Assembly (NCBI RefSeq): GCF_031851795.1 | Contig: NZ_CP134696.1 | Coordinates: forward strand, 1,295,576 to 1,359,575 | Direction: 5' to 3' | DNA from: Pontibacter sp. G13 | GTDB lineage: Bacteria; Bacteroidota; Bacteroidia; J057 | DNA: 64,000 nucleotides | Part shown: positions 45,255 to 57,000 of the stretch, one piece after another | Layout: the number at the start of each line of letters is the position of its first letter | How positions within the stretch are numbered: position 1 is the stretch's first letter | Program-made: the position numbers and the translations under genes | Notes under the pieces: generated by a model | The model's database searches: none | Told to the model about the DNA's origin: nothing | The model's input: the letters and a program-made list of their open reading frames with translations, nothing else

Positions 45255-48200
45255 CTAGAGTCCATTGGCGGGCTTGAATTCCAAGCTCATGATCGCACCC
45301 AATGCTTTGGCGCGACGTTTTGCCTGATACTCGATGTACAGATCATGCTTGCCAATGGTCGGCAGCAGTTCCACCTTGGCGACATGCAAGCCTTCTGGCA
45401 GGTTCTCCTGATCGACCACCACTTTGCCAATCACCTCGCCGTCCAGTCCGTCTGTATGTACGACAATGGTTCCTCCACGGGAATATTGCTTGGTCAGGAA
45501 CATGGTGAAGTCGATGGAACCAATGCCCGTCAGGTCGATGTCCTCATAGACAGCGTGCGACTCGGGGTTGGCGACGTAGACAAAGAATGGCTCCTCCACA
45601 CCGGGCATCATCTCTCCGGTCACTTCGTAATCGATTCCCTTGAATTGGTAATCGTATCCCACCGCAGGAACGACTGGATGACGAAGCGTAATCATGCTAC
45701 GTCCGGTCAATGGTCCAATCTCCGTTCCGCCATTGTCGGTGTATGAAGCGTTGAGGATGTAGGCGCCTGTCGGTTTCTTGTGCTGATTGAATCGGTAGGT
45801 GCCCGTCATCGGGAGGCCTTCCACTTCTTCCGGCTCGTCACCCACAGACAAGATGTACTTGACCATCTGCTCAGCCTGATCTTGGCTCAACTGTGGGTGT
45901 GCGGACATCGCATGGTCTCCCCATACGCCGCTGCCACCATTGATGACCTTGGTAGCGAGCTTTTCAACGGCTCCAGCTTCCTCGGCATACCGCTCTGCGA
46001 TCTCCAGATAAGTCGGTCCTACGCTGGCTTGATCCATTTTGTGGCAGGCCATACAGTCGGAACCATCAATGAGGGTTTTGCCCACCGCAGAACGCGATGC
46101 CGCAGCCAATGCCTCATGTCCTTGGGCAATCTCGGTGATATCGGCCCCTTGCTCCAGATAATCGATGGAAATATTTACACGTGCAGGGTCGATATCTGCA
46201 TCTTCGGTATCGGATACTTTCACTTGGTAATCCAAGCTACCGCGATCCCAGAAGAAGGTACGGTTGCCCTTGAAAACCCACGCTACTTGAGGCAAATCGT
46301 TTCCGACATACACCTTGGTCTCGGCTTCGGCCTGCTTTCCGTCTGGGTCTGTCACCTTCAATTTGACGGTGTAGGTACCGGGCTTCTCAAACGTAAACTC
46401 AGGGGCCATTTCCTTGGACATAGATCCTCCGTCTCCGAAGTTCCACAGGAAAGCCAACTCGTCGCCATCGAAATCCATAGAACCTGTTCCGTCAAACTTC
46501 ACGGTCATGGGAGCTACGCCGAATTGCGCATTTGCTTCCAGTGTCGCAACAGGCTGACGGTTTCCAGCCACATATTCAATTTTGGACAGGCGTGCGTCGG
46601 GGTTTTGGGTAAACCAGTTGGTTCCATACTCCAGCACGTAGAGATCACCCTCTGGCGAGAAGAACATATCGACGGGATTTGAGAATGCAGAGCTCGGCAT
46701 GAACTGCTCCATGCTCTTCCAGTTTCCTTCCTCGTCAAAAGTATTGACCATGATCAGGCCACGCATCCAATCGTAGGAGAAGAATTTCCCTTCGAAATAA
46801 GCGGGGAATTTGCGCTTGGCATTGGGGAAATCCGCCTCGTAGAAGATCGGTCCCGCCATGGCGTTCCGTCCGCCTTCTCCCATGAGCGGAAACTCTTCAG
46901 AAGCCGCATAGGGATAGTAGATCATCGCAGGCTGTGCAGGCGGCAATTCGGTTGCACCGGTATTGTTGGGAGAGTTGTTGATCGGCTTGGCTGGATCATG
47001 CGCAGGGCCGCTGGTCTTGGTTTCGAAGTCAAATTCACGATACGGCTGGTTGTTGCCCACAAAATAGGGCCATCCGTAGTACCCTGCTTGTTTGGCTTGA
47101 TTGACCTCATCATATCCACGTGAACCACGATTCTCCTTGCTTTTGCCGGCATCGGGACCGACATCTCCCCAATAGAGATATCCAGAATGCTGGTCAATGG
47201 AAATCCGAAATGGGTTACGACATCCCATGACGTAGATCTCTGGACGACCTACACTGCCATCTTTGGGAAAGAGGTTTCCTTCTGGAATCTCATACCCACC
47301 TGCTGCAGTCGGCATGACGCGGAGGATCTTTCCGCGCAAGTCCATGGTGTTGCCCGAGGTGCGCTGCGCATCGAAATACTTCTGTCCGGGGCGTTCGTCG
47401 CTTGGAGAGAATCCGCCAGATTTGAAGGGATTGGTATCGTCGCCTGTGGATACATAGATAGCACCATCAGGACCAAATTCTACAGAACCTCCAGAGTGGC
47501 AGCACGTTTCTCGCTGGGTTTTGACTTCCAGCAACTGCTTTTCGCTTTCGAGGACCAACTGATTGTTCTTGAATTCGAATCGAGACAGGACATTGAGCGT
47601 ATCCGTCGGCGGGGAATAGTACAGGTAAATCCAATTATTTTCGGCGAATTTTGGATCAAGAGCCATTCCCAAAAGTCCATCCTCGAATTTGGAGAAGACA
47701 TTCAATTCGCCTACAACCTCATAATCTTCCTTGGCGAAATCGTACCGCTTCAATTTTCCGCGGCGCTCGATAAAGAGGATAGAACCATCGGGGAGCATAG
47801 CCATTTCCATCGGTTCATTCAAGTTGGAGACAAGCTCTTTCTTGGTGAATCGGTTTTCCTCCGGTGCGACCCGGCCATTGTTGTAATCCACGGGTTTTCC
47901 TTCACCGGCGGCATATTGAATACCTCCCCAGAGGTGCTCGAGGAATTCGGTTTCTACGAATGATTCAGCGGTGTGTCCCAATCCTGTGTAGAAAGTCCGG
48001 CCCCCGTCAAACTCATGGTGCCAAGAGATGGGGTGATTTTCCCCATTGGTTCCTCCTTCGTAGGACGTTTCATCCAGATTGAGGAGCACTTGGATGTGTG
48101 GTTGAATGGATTTGTAGTTGTACCATTCGTCCAGTCTTTTCCACCCCATCGGCAAAGCCCGGGTAGCTGGATGGTCTGGATTGATCACATCGATCTTGGC

Positions 48201-48641
48201 CTCTCTGACATTGGGGTCATTGGGATGAGATTCGAAGTAGGCACCCACGAGCTGATTGTACCAAGGCCAATCATACTCGGTGTCGGCGGCAGCGTGAATC
48301 CCCACGAATCCGCCTCCGGCTTGGATATAGCGCTTAAATTCAGTTTGCTGGTCTGCATTGAGAATATCTCCTGTCGTATTCAGGAAGACGACCACATTGT
48401 ATTTCTGGAGTTCTTTTTCCTGAAATACAGCAGCGTCTTCGGTGGCATGGACAGAAAATCCGTGTGTTTCGCCCAATTTTTGGAGGGCATCGATACCGGG
48501 TTCGATAGAAGCATGCCGATAACCTTCAGTTTTGGAGAACACCAGCATGTGTATTTCCGATTGTCCGGAAAAGAATATGCTCCTGATTCCGAAGAAGGCC
48601 ACCGCAGCAAGTAGCAGTAAGATGAGAATACCTCGTTTCAT
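45255..48641 (-). CDS. Multidomain secreted protein: ThuA-like (class-I glutamine-amidotransferase-like) domain + PQQ/soluble glucose-sorbosone dehydrogenase-like beta-propeller + PKD domain + c-type cytochrome domain
   Basis: Signal peptide. ThuA-like N-terminus (HMLVFSKTEGYRH...). GLLGMALDPKF...LYYSPP beta-propeller block. PKD-like FLWNFGDGG. CxxCH heme motif CMACHKMDQ. 1,128 aa. Confidence 0.75.
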   Translation of the reverse strand: MKRGILILLLLAAVAFFGIRSIFFSGQSEIHMLVFSKTEGYRHASIEPGIDALQKLGETHGFSVHATEDAAVFQEKELQKYNVVVFLNTTGDILNADQQTEFKRYIQAGGGFVGIHAAADTEYDWPWYNQLVGAYFESHPNDPNVREAKIDVINPDHPATRALPMGWKRLDEWYNYKSIQPHIQVLLNLDETSYEGGTNGENHPISWHHEFDGGRTFYTGLGHTAESFVETEFLEHLWGGIQYAAGEGKPVDYNNGRVAPEENRFTKKELVSNLNEPMEMAMLPDGSILFIERRGKLKRYDFAKEDYEVVGELNVFSKFEDGLLGMALDPKFAENNWIYLYYSPPTDTLNVLSRFEFKNNQLVLESEKQLLEVKTQRETCCHSGGSVEFGPDGAIYVSTGDDTNPFKSGGFSPSDERPGQKYFDAQRTSGNTMDLRGKILRVMPTAAGGYEIPEGNLFPKDGSVGRPEIYVMGCRNPFRISIDQHSGYLYWGDVGPDAGKSKENRGSRGYDEVNQAKQAGYYGWPYFVGNNQPYREFDFETKTSGPAHDPAKPINNSPNNTGATELPPAQPAMIYYPYAASEEFPLMGEGGRNAMAGPIFYEADFPNAKRKFPAYFEGKFFSYDWMRGLIMVNTFDEEGNWKSMEQFMPSSAFSNPVDMFFSPEGDLYVLEYGTNWFTQNPDARLSKIEYVAGNRQPVATLEANAQFGVAPMTVKFDGTGSMDFDGDELAFLWNFGDGGSMSKEMAPEFTFEKPGTYTVKLKVTDPDGKQAEAETKVYVGNDLPQVAWVFKGNRTFFWDRGSLDYQVKVSDTEDADIDPARVNISIDYLEQGADITEIAQGHEALAAASRSAVGKTLIDGSDCMACHKMDQASVGPTYLEIAERYAEEAGAVEKLATKVINGGSGVWGDHAMSAHPQLSQDQAEQMVKYILSVGDEPEEVEGLPMTGTYRFNQHKKPTGAYILNASYTDNGGTEIGPLTGRSMITLRHPVVPAVGYDYQFKGIDYEVTGEMMPGVEEPFFVYVANPESHAVYEDIDLTGIGSIDFTMFLTKQYSRGGTIVVHTDGLDGEVIGKVVVDQENLPEGLHVAKVELLPTIGKHDLYIEYQAKRRAKALGAIMSLEFKPANGL

Positions 48642-48713
48642 GAGAAGTCTAGCGATTGTCGATTGTAGGGAAAGGTCAAATAGCTATTACATGCAGTCAA
48701 AAGTCAAAATCTC

Positions 48714-49328
48714 TTAGGTTTCCGGGTTGTCTGGTAGTGGAATTTGTGCCAATAACCTGTCCACTGCGCGCATGAGGGAATGGTATGCATCCGCATTGCC
48801 TCCCTCCTCGGTGTAGAGCCGATTGCCCAATCCCAAGTGCGTGTAGCCGTGAACCAAACTGAGATAATTGGCCATGAAATCATGCCGAGTATCCCAATCC
48901 AATTCCGGATTGATCCGCGCCATCAACTCCATCGATCCGATGAACACCTCATGGCGTTTTTGCTCCAACTCTTCCAGCCCGGGAGCGGGAAGCGCCAGAG
49001 AAAACAGCAATTCGTATTGTTCGGGGTATTTGAAGGCGAATGTCCAGAATCCCTCAGCCATGATCCGGAGTTGATCAATGGGTGCTGAAATCCCTGAAGC
49101 TCGCTCCATCATGAAGGCATCGAAATCCTTCAGGGCTTTCAAATGCAGATGGGCCATCAGATCCGCCTTACTGGCAAAATGCCGATAAATGGCTGGTGCG
49201 GTCACCCCAATGGCCTGGGCAATCTTGCGGATTGTGACCGAATCCCACCCTGATTCCACCGCCAATTCAAGGGTGGCATCCAGAATCCGGTCCTTGGAAC
49301 CGCGAGGGGAAGAGATAGCTTTGGTCAT
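48714..49328 (-). CDS. TetR/AcrR-family transcriptional regulator
   Basis: HTH region VTIRKIAQAIGVTAPAIYRHFASKADL. 204 aa. Confidence 0.85.
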   Translation of the reverse strand: MTKAISSPRGSKDRILDATLELAVESGWDSVTIRKIAQAIGVTAPAIYRHFASKADLMAHLHLKALKDFDAFMMERASGISAPIDQLRIMAEGFWTFAFKYPEQYELLFSLALPAPGLEELEQKRHEVFIGSMELMARINPELDWDTRHDFMANYLSLVHGYTHLGLGNRLYTEEGGNADAYHSLMRAVDRLLAQIPLPDNPET

Positions 49329-49348
49329 GTACAGGCCTAAAAGTGAAC

Positions 49349-49360
49349 AATGTTAACATT
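49349..49360. promoter_or_regulatory. Perfect 12-bp palindrome AATGTTAACATT ~20 bp upstream of the TetR start (candidate operator)
   Basis: Seen directly in the sequence. TetR regulators commonly auto-regulate through palindromic operators that overlap their own promoters. Confidence 0.35.
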
Positions 49361-49994
49361 CAAGATATCGATCTTTCCTTGAATATTCAATTTTTCGAAT
49401 AGCCAGCGAAAGCCAGCTGCCCAAAAGCGTAAAGCTGTTCATGTTTCTGAATGAAGCAGCCGCTCATACATTCAGATCCCCAAGCTGCCACTTTTGGCGG
49501 ACATAACTGTCCTGCTCTATGAAAAATGGCGAATTGAGGCCTGAAAATGCACGTACAAGCGGGTTCGCAAAACGGATTGGACAATTCTGTATCATGATTC
49601 TGCACGATGATTACTCGGAAAACCCAAGCTTGAAAAGTTCAATCATGGGCGTTCTTTGCGATCATTTGCGCAAAACATCAACACAGGCAGCATATCTCCC
49701 TGTCCGTTGGCTTGTATTCAGAAATCGAAACCGACGAGATGTTTGGGCCATTGGCACAAATCCTCGAATGGCTTCTTAAAGAGGTGACCTGAGGCTTCAA
49801 AAGAAGTGAACGATTTGACGGAATCCGTGGGCAATCTTATGATTCAGGAATGATCACTCCCCTATTAGGAAATATTCAGGATGAAGGATCGCCATCGTCG
49901 GATGAATCGGACAACCCGCCCCCTCCATGCAAATCGGGCTCCCCGACCAGCTTGCGATCCGAGGAGCCCGATATGAAGGAATGAAAATGGGGTG

Positions 49995-51242
49995 CTATTC
50001 AGGGAATGTGTAGACCACGAGCCCGCTTCTCAGCTTGGGTTCAAACCAAGTAGTTTTGGGGGGCATGATGAAGCCCGAATCAGCTATGTCAATCAATTGT
50101 TGCATGCTCACAGGATAGAGCGCAAATGCTACAGCCATTTCACCGCTGTCTACTCGTTTTTCCAATTCTCCCAATCCGCGGATCCCCCCGACAAACTCGA
50201 TCCGCTTGTCCGTCCGCAGATCTTGAATGCCCAGAATCGGCTCCAAAATCTGTTTGGACAGAATAGTCACATCCAATACCCCGATGGGGTCGCTATCGTC
50301 ATACGTGCCATTGTGCGCCGTGAGGCCGTACCACTTTCCATTCAGGTACATCCCGAAGGTATGTAGTTGATCAGGCTTATAGGCTGTATCCGAAGATGCG
50401 ATGTCAAAAGATCGGGAGAGCGCATCCATAAATTCAGATTCGCTCAGTCCATTGAGATCCTTGACGACGCGGTTGTAGTCGATGATTCGGAGTTGGTTGT
50501 CCGGAAAATGGACCGCCATGAAGAAGTTGTAGTCTTCTGCTCCGGTATGTTGATCGTTTTCCGCGGCGAGATCTGCTCCCACGAGTGCAGCCGCGGCAGT
50601 CCGGTGATGTCCATCTGCCACATAGGTCGCCGGGACTCTATCGGCAAATAGTTGTTCCAGCTGAGCTACGGTATCTGCATCATCCACCACCCACAAGGTA
50701 TGGCGAATATCGTCTCCAGCGGTGAAGTCGTAGATAGGATCGCCCTGTTCCACTTCCTCGACGATGGCATCGATCTCCGCCACAGCTGGATAGGTAAAAA
50801 AGACCGGTTCGGCATTCATCCGAGAGACGCGCACATGATTCTTGCGATCCGCTTCCTTGTCTGGGCGAGTCAGCTCATGCTTTTTGATGACTCCATCCAC
50901 ATAGTCTTGTACAGCCGCGGCGGCCAATAGACCTGATTGACCCTGCCCGTCCATCTCCTGCCGATAGATATAGAGTGAAGGACGTTCATCTTGCGAAAAC
51001 AAGCCTTCTTCGATCATCCGGCGGAAATTGTCGCGGCCTTTTTCGTAGACCGCCTGATCGTAGGGAGGATGCCCTTCCGGGAGATCTATCTCCGGTTTGA
51101 CGACATGCAGGAAAGAGTCGGGATTCCCTGCAGCTTCAGCGCGAGCTTCCTGGGAGTTCAATACGTCGTAGGGGCGCGATGCAACCGCCTTGGCTCTTTC
51201 TGCCAAGGGACGATACCCTCTAAATGCTTTGATGACTGCCAC
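49995..51242 (-). CDS. DUF1015-family protein
   Basis: The N-terminus MAVIKAFRGYRPLAERAKAVASRPYDVLNSQEARAEAAGNPDSFLHVVKPEID matches the DUF1015 conserved start. 415 aa. Confidence 0.7.
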   Translation of the reverse strand: MAVIKAFRGYRPLAERAKAVASRPYDVLNSQEARAEAAGNPDSFLHVVKPEIDLPEGHPPYDQAVYEKGRDNFRRMIEEGLFSQDERPSLYIYRQEMDGQGQSGLLAAAAVQDYVDGVIKKHELTRPDKEADRKNHVRVSRMNAEPVFFTYPAVAEIDAIVEEVEQGDPIYDFTAGDDIRHTLWVVDDADTVAQLEQLFADRVPATYVADGHHRTAAAALVGADLAAENDQHTGAEDYNFFMAVHFPDNQLRIIDYNRVVKDLNGLSESEFMDALSRSFDIASSDTAYKPDQLHTFGMYLNGKWYGLTAHNGTYDDSDPIGVLDVTILSKQILEPILGIQDLRTDKRIEFVGGIRGLGELEKRVDSGEMAVAFALYPVSMQQLIDIADSGFIMPPKTTWFEPKLRSGLVVYTFPE

Positions 51243-51368
51243 TGGCTATGAGATTATGATGACGCGAGGAAAGGCCCGGGGACTTGGGTTTTTCGCAGCG
51301 CGATAGATCGTGAAACTAATCGTTTTTCAGAATCGGAATCTCCACACAAGAGAACCTGATCTTGCAAA

Positions 51369-52457
51369 CTATGATCTTTTCTGCTTCTGTTCAAATGAAT
51401 CCATGACCTCCAACAACCTTTCCACTCCGGCTATCGGCATGGCATTGTACAAGCTTGCACGCATTCCGCCGACACTCCGATGCCCTTTCAGGAAGTGAAG
51501 GTTGGCAGATTCCGCTTCACCCAAAAATGCATGGTCGATCGCTGAATCATTCGTCTTGAAACAGACATTCATCAAACTACGGTACGGTGCCGCTACCGTT
51601 GCATGGAATAATTCCGACTGATCGAGATACCCGTACAGCAAATCCGCCTTCTGTTGATTGATGGCATGAATCGCCGAAACGCCCCCCTGCTCCTCCAACC
51701 ATTGGAAAACCAATTTTGACAAGTAGATGGCAAATGTAGGGGGTGTATTGAACATGGATTTCTTGTCGACATGCGTCCGATAGGTCATCATCGTCGGGAG
51801 TTCTGGCCTTCCCGCTCCTACCAGATCATCGCGAATGATCACCACCGTCATTCCCGCTGGCCCAATGTTCTTTTGAGCACCTGCATAAATCAACCCAAAA
51901 TCCTGAACCCGATACGGTTGGGATAAGATATTGGAAGACATATCGGCCACCACCGGGATGGAGTCGTGAACCGGGATCTCCGGCATCAATGTTCCGAAAA
52001 TGGTATTATTCGTAGTAATGTGTCGATATGCAGATGTTTCGAGCCAATCAGCAGTACGGATATCGGGAATGGTGGTATAACTCTCCGATTGAGAGGAAGC
52101 GACCACATGTGATTTTGCTACTCGGTCCAGCTCCTTGATGGCTTTCTGTGACCAAGCTCCTGTATCGAGGACATCCACGGTTTCTCCCCCTTCCAGCAGG
52201 TTCATCGGAATCATCGAAAACTGGGTGCTTGCCCCACCTTGGAGAAACAGCACATGGTAGTTGTCCGGGATTTCCATCAAGCGCCTCAATGACGCTTCAG
52301 CTTCGTCTATGACGGCTTGAAACAGGGCTGAACGGTGGCTGACCTCCATGATGGACATCCCCGTCCCCTGATAATTGGCGAGTTCAGCTTGGGCTTTGGC
52401 CAGCACAGCTTTGGGCAGTACCGCAGGACCCGCTGAGAAGTTGAATGGTTCGGTCAT
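51369..52457 (-). CDS. serC: 3-phosphoserine/phosphohydroxythreonine aminotransferase
   Basis: FNFSAGPAVLPKAVL...GMSIMEVSHRS...VLFLQGGAS is collinear with SerC. The PLP-lysine region is present. Confidence 0.9.
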   Translation of the reverse strand: MTEPFNFSAGPAVLPKAVLAKAQAELANYQGTGMSIMEVSHRSALFQAVIDEAEASLRRLMEIPDNYHVLFLQGGASTQFSMIPMNLLEGGETVDVLDTGAWSQKAIKELDRVAKSHVVASSQSESYTTIPDIRTADWLETSAYRHITTNNTIFGTLMPEIPVHDSIPVVADMSSNILSQPYRVQDFGLIYAGAQKNIGPAGMTVVIIRDDLVGAGRPELPTMMTYRTHVDKKSMFNTPPTFAIYLSKLVFQWLEEQGGVSAIHAINQQKADLLYGYLDQSELFHATVAAPYRSLMNVCFKTNDSAIDHAFLGEAESANLHFLKGHRSVGGMRASLYNAMPIAGVERLLEVMDSFEQKQKRS

Positions 52458-52956
52458 ACCACAAATCTACGGCATCCGATTACTTATCAAAAGTCTTCCT
52501 TTTGTACAATCAAAATCAGGTGAATCACAGGTAAAGCTCCCGTAAATTGAGCGTTAAATAGTACACCCTTCAGTTTCGTGTAAATTGTGAAAAATTTAAT
52601 TGTCAATACTTCTGGAACCATGTAACAACTATTCACCGAGCGATACAGGCAGTTGAAAGAAAACTTTGGCCGTTTTTCCTCATTCAACTTGATTTTGATG
52701 ATTGACACGGTTTACTTGCATTATATAGTCAGACGGAAACGCCTTGAAGGAATGTGGAAGGATGAGTCGACGAAAAAGGCCTATTTACTACTCGAGCGAG
52801 AGGTCCGACTGAATGCTAGCTACACAATTCCTGTTACCAGCAAACTTTACAAATAATGGCGGGTTACGATGTTACCATCCTCCCGCCTGATCACGTTATT
52901 TGTCTGACGATCGGAAGCCTGACTTCCAGTCGTTTAGGTTAATTGATTCTTTTTAG

Positions 52957-53709
52957 ATGGGAAAAAACACACTGACCCGTATCTGGGAACTCATCGGACT
53001 GCGGTACAAATCCCACCCTTGGCATGGTGTACAGATCGGCGAAGAAGCGCCCGACCTCGTCACCAGCTTCATCGAAGTGGTACCCTCCGACACCGTGAAG
53101 TACGAAGTGGACAAACGCACCGGTTACCTCAAGGTGGACAGACCCCAGAAATTCTCCAACATCGTACCTGCGCTTTACGGATTCCTCCCTCAGACCTACT
53201 GTATGGATCAAGTGGCGGAATACTGCATGGAAAAAACCGGCAAAACGGGAATCGTCGGTGATGGAGACCCCTTGGATATCTGTGTATTGACGGAGCGAAA
53301 CATTACCCACGGCGACCTGCTAGTACCCGCAGTACCGATCGGTGGATTTCGCATGATCGACGGTGGAGAGGCTGATGACAAGATCATCGCCATCCTCAAA
53401 GGTGACCAAGTGTACGAAGACTGGAAGGACATCACCGATTGCCCTGCAGCCTTGGTCGAGCGCCTCAAACACTACTTCCTGACTTACAAACAGATGCCCG
53501 GAAGCGATGAAGACGAAAGCCGAATCATCGAAATCACCGACATCTACGGTCGCGAAGAAGCCCTCGAAGTGATCCGCCGAAGCATGGTGGATTACCGCAA
53601 GAAATTCGGGAAACTCGAAAACCGCCTTTCCTTGGCTACCTTGGAAATGATCAACTTCGGCCAGAGCTGGCAGGAAGCCATGCGCGAAGCCGACGGTTTC
53701 GGTTCCTAA
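52957..53709 (+). CDS. ppa: Inorganic pyrophosphatase (family I)
   Basis: Family I PPase blocks are present: IEVVPSDTVKYEVDKRTGYLKVDR...DGDPLDICVL... Confidence 0.85.
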   Translation: MGKNTLTRIWELIGLRYKSHPWHGVQIGEEAPDLVTSFIEVVPSDTVKYEVDKRTGYLKVDRPQKFSNIVPALYGFLPQTYCMDQVAEYCMEKTGKTGIVGDGDPLDICVLTERNITHGDLLVPAVPIGGFRMIDGGEADDKIIAILKGDQVYEDWKDITDCPAALVERLKHYFLTYKQMPGSDEDESRIIEITDIYGREEALEVIRRSMVDYRKKFGKLENRLSLATLEMINFGQSWQEAMREADGFGS

Positions 53710-53759
53710 TTCCCTCTTCCCATCCTACAAACCCTCGCCCCACAGTTTGCTGGAGCAGG

Positions 53760-54045
53760 GAAGTGCATTCGGGATTGACTGTCATAGTCGATCCCGAATT
53801 TTTTTTCAGGGGCTTTGGGCGTGCCCCCGCGGGCGAGACATCCGATCACCTCTTGGCCCATACATCGCGGGGTCGCGTGCTGCATGGGTTCGCTGCGCTC
53901 CGTCCTCCGCTCAAGGCTCCGGACCGCTCCCGAAGGAGCGCCATTCCGCCCGCTCACGCCACACTCACCAGCCGCACATTTCATGCGGTAAGGCATGTGG
54001 GTCAAGGGTTAAAACCCTTGCTTGTGATGTGTCGCGCCTACAGCG
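53760..54045. repeat. Left terminal element of the tandem-repeat locus (dispersed-repeat family, inverted relative to the right end)
   Basis: Ends ...CAAGGGTTAAAACCCTTGCTTGTGATGTGTCGCGCCTACAGCGCTT. This is the reverse complement of GCAAGCGCTGTAGGCGCGACACATCACAGACAAGGGTTTCCAACCCTTG at 57335-57385. Confidence 0.6.
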
Positions 54046-57000
54046 CTTAGAGGGATTTCAAGCGCTATGCCTTTGGTTCCATCATGTCATTGCCGGCAGC
54101 AAATGGTCTCGGCATTTGCCGCCGATCGGGAATCTCCTGAGCGCGAAGCATCCTGCCATGCGCAAAAAATGCCTCATCCCGCAAAATTTCGACGCGATGG
54201 CGCCTGTGGGCAGGGAAATTTATGCGGGATCTCACGCCTCGTGCATGCTGGGGCTAGTTTTTTGCCAAGCGTGGAAAATCATGCCAAGCCCACTCCACAT
54301 GCCCCCTCGGCGGTTGAGCTTGGATGCCATGCAAGCTCAGGGAGATTCCACCTCTGCCCCCGATGCGCGGGCCTTTGCTGATGGCAGGCTGGAATGACGG
54401 TTCTATTTTTCATTTGCTCAGCCCTGCGGGCGCCCAACCGCAAACCCCGTTGCAGGGACGTGGGATCCCTGATAAATCCCGCTTCGCACCGATGCCAACG
54501 CGGGGATTTTCAGGGATGAGGTGAAAGGGGGGAAGGCTGGATCTAGCAGGAGCCGGATTACCCACGGGCCTTTTCACTGGCCGAAATCCGCCTCAGTCAG
54601 GAAAAATGATGGTTGAACAACTATACAAGCACTATGCCTTTGGTTCCATCATGTCATTGCCGGCAGCAAATGGTCTCGGCATTTGCCGCCGATCGGGAAT
54701 CTCCTGAGCGCGGAGCCTTTTGCCATGCGCAAAAAATGCCTCATCCCGCAAAATTCCGACGCGATGGCGCCTGTGGGCAGGGAAATTTATGCGGGATCTC
54801 ACGCCTCGCGCATGCTGGGGCTGGTCTTTTGCCAAGCGCGAGCATGCATCCACGCCACATCCCCAAACCCCACACGTCATCCTCGACGGCGATAGCCAAG
54901 GCCCCAGCGATGGCGCCGATCGGGGATCTCCCTAGCGCGAAGCATCCTGCCATGCGAAAAATAATGCCTCATCCCGCAAAATTTCGACGCGATGGCGCCT
55001 GTGGGCTGGGAAATTTATGCGGGATCTCACGCCTCGTGCATGCTGGGGCTGGTTTTTTGCCAAGCGTGGAAAATCATGCCAAGCCCACTCCACATGCCCC
55101 CTCGGCGGTTGAGCTTGGATGCCATGCAAGCTCAGGGAGATTCCACCTCTGCCCCCAACGCGCGGGCCTGTGCTGATGGCAGGCTGGAATGACGGTTCTA
55201 TTTTTCATTTGCTCAGCCCTGCGGGCGCCCAACCGCAAACCCCGTTGCAGGGACGTGGGATCCCTGATAAATCCCGCTTCGCACTGATGCCAACGCGGGG
55301 ATTTTCAGGGATGAGGTGAAAGGGGGGAAGGCTGGATCTAGCAGGAGCCGGATTACCCACGGCCCTTTTCACTGCCCGAAATCCGCCTCAGTCAAAGCTT
55401 CGCTGAACACGCTGCCCCAAATCCCCAAACCCCACACGTCATCCTCGACGGCGATTGCCAAGGCCCCAGCGATGGCGCCGATCGGGGATCTGCCGAGCGC
55501 GAAGCCTTTTGCCATGCGCAAATAATGCCTCATCCCGCAAAATTTCGACGCGATGGCGCCTGTGGGCAGGAAAATTTATACGGGATCTCACGCCTCGTGC
55601 ATGCTGGGGCTGGTTTTTTGCCAAGCGTGGAAAATCATGCCAAGCCCACTCCACATGCCCCCTCGGCGGTTGAGCTTGGATGCCATTCAAGCTCAGGGAG
55701 ATTCCACCTCTGCCCCCGACGCGCGGACCTTTGCTTATGGCAGGCTGGAATGACGGTTCTATTTTTCATTTGCTCAGCCCTGCGGGCGCCCAACCGCAAA
55801 CCCCGTTGCAGGGACGTGGGATCCCTGATAAATCCCGCTTCGCACCGATGCCAACGCGGGGATTTTCAGGGATGAGGTGAAAAGGGGGAAGGCTGGACTA
55901 GCAGGAGCCGGATTATCCACGGCCCTTTTCACTGGCAGAAATCCGCCTCAGTCAGGAAAAATGATGGTTGAACAACTATACAAGCGCTATGCCTTTGGTT
56001 CCATCATGTCATTTCCGGCAGCAAATGGTCTCGGCATTTGCCGCCGATCGGGAATCTCCTGAGCGCGAAGCATCCTGCCAAGCGAAAAATAATGCCTCAT
56101 CCCGCAAAATTTCGACGCGATGGCACCTGTGGGCAGGGAAATTTATACGGGATCTCACGCCTCGTGCATGCTGGGGCTGGTTTTTTGCCAAGCGCGAGCA
56201 TGCATCCACGCCACATCCCCAAACCCCTCACGTCATCCTCGACGGCGATTGCCAAGGCCCCAGCGATGGCGCCGATCGGGGATCTCCCTAGCGCGAAGCA
56301 TCCTGCCATGCGCAAATAATGCCTCATCCCGCAAAATTTCGACGCGATGGCGCCTGAGGGCTGGGAAATTTATGCGGGATCTCAAGCCTCGTGCATGCTG
56401 GGGCTGGTTTTGGTCATGCGCGAAACAAACTGCCAAGCCCACTCCACATCCCCCCTTGGCGGTTGAGCTTGGATGCCATTCAAGCTCAGGGAGATTCCAC
56501 CTCTGCCCCCGATGCGCGGGCCTGTGCTGATGGCAGGCTGGAATGACGGTTCTATTTTTCATTTGCTCAGCCCTGCGGGCGCCCAACCGCAAACCCCGTT
56601 GCAGGGACGTGGGATCCCTGATAAATCCCGCTTCGCACCGATGCCAACGCGGGGATTTTCAGGGATGAGGTGAAAAGGGGGAAGGCTGGATCTAGCAGGA
56701 GCCGGATTACCCGCGGGCCAGCGCAATTGCCGAAATCCGCCTCAGTTAGGAAAAATGATGGTTGAACAACTATACAAGCACTATGCCTTTGGTTCCATCA
56801 TGTCATTTCCGGCAGCAAATGGTCTCGGCATTTGCCGCCGATCGGGGATCTCCCGAGCGCGAAGCATCCTGCCAAGCGCAAAAAATGCCTCATCCCGCAA
56901 AATTTCGACGCGATGGCGCCTGTGGGCAGGGAAATTTATGCGGGATCTCAAGCCTCGTGCATGCCGAGGCTGGTTTTTTGCCAAGCGCGAGCATGCATCC

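Noticed and set aside
44388-45746. 452-aa + strand ORF
   Set aside because: It spans the antisense of two different minus-strand genes plus the intervening dispersed repeat and terminator. The composition is Arg/Ser/Pro-rich with no domain signal.
45780-48614. + strand ORFs 45780..46682, 47187..47963 and 47973..48614
   Set aside because: They are antisense to the 1,128-aa ThuA/PQQ/PKD/cytochrome c gene, which has multiple conserved motifs.
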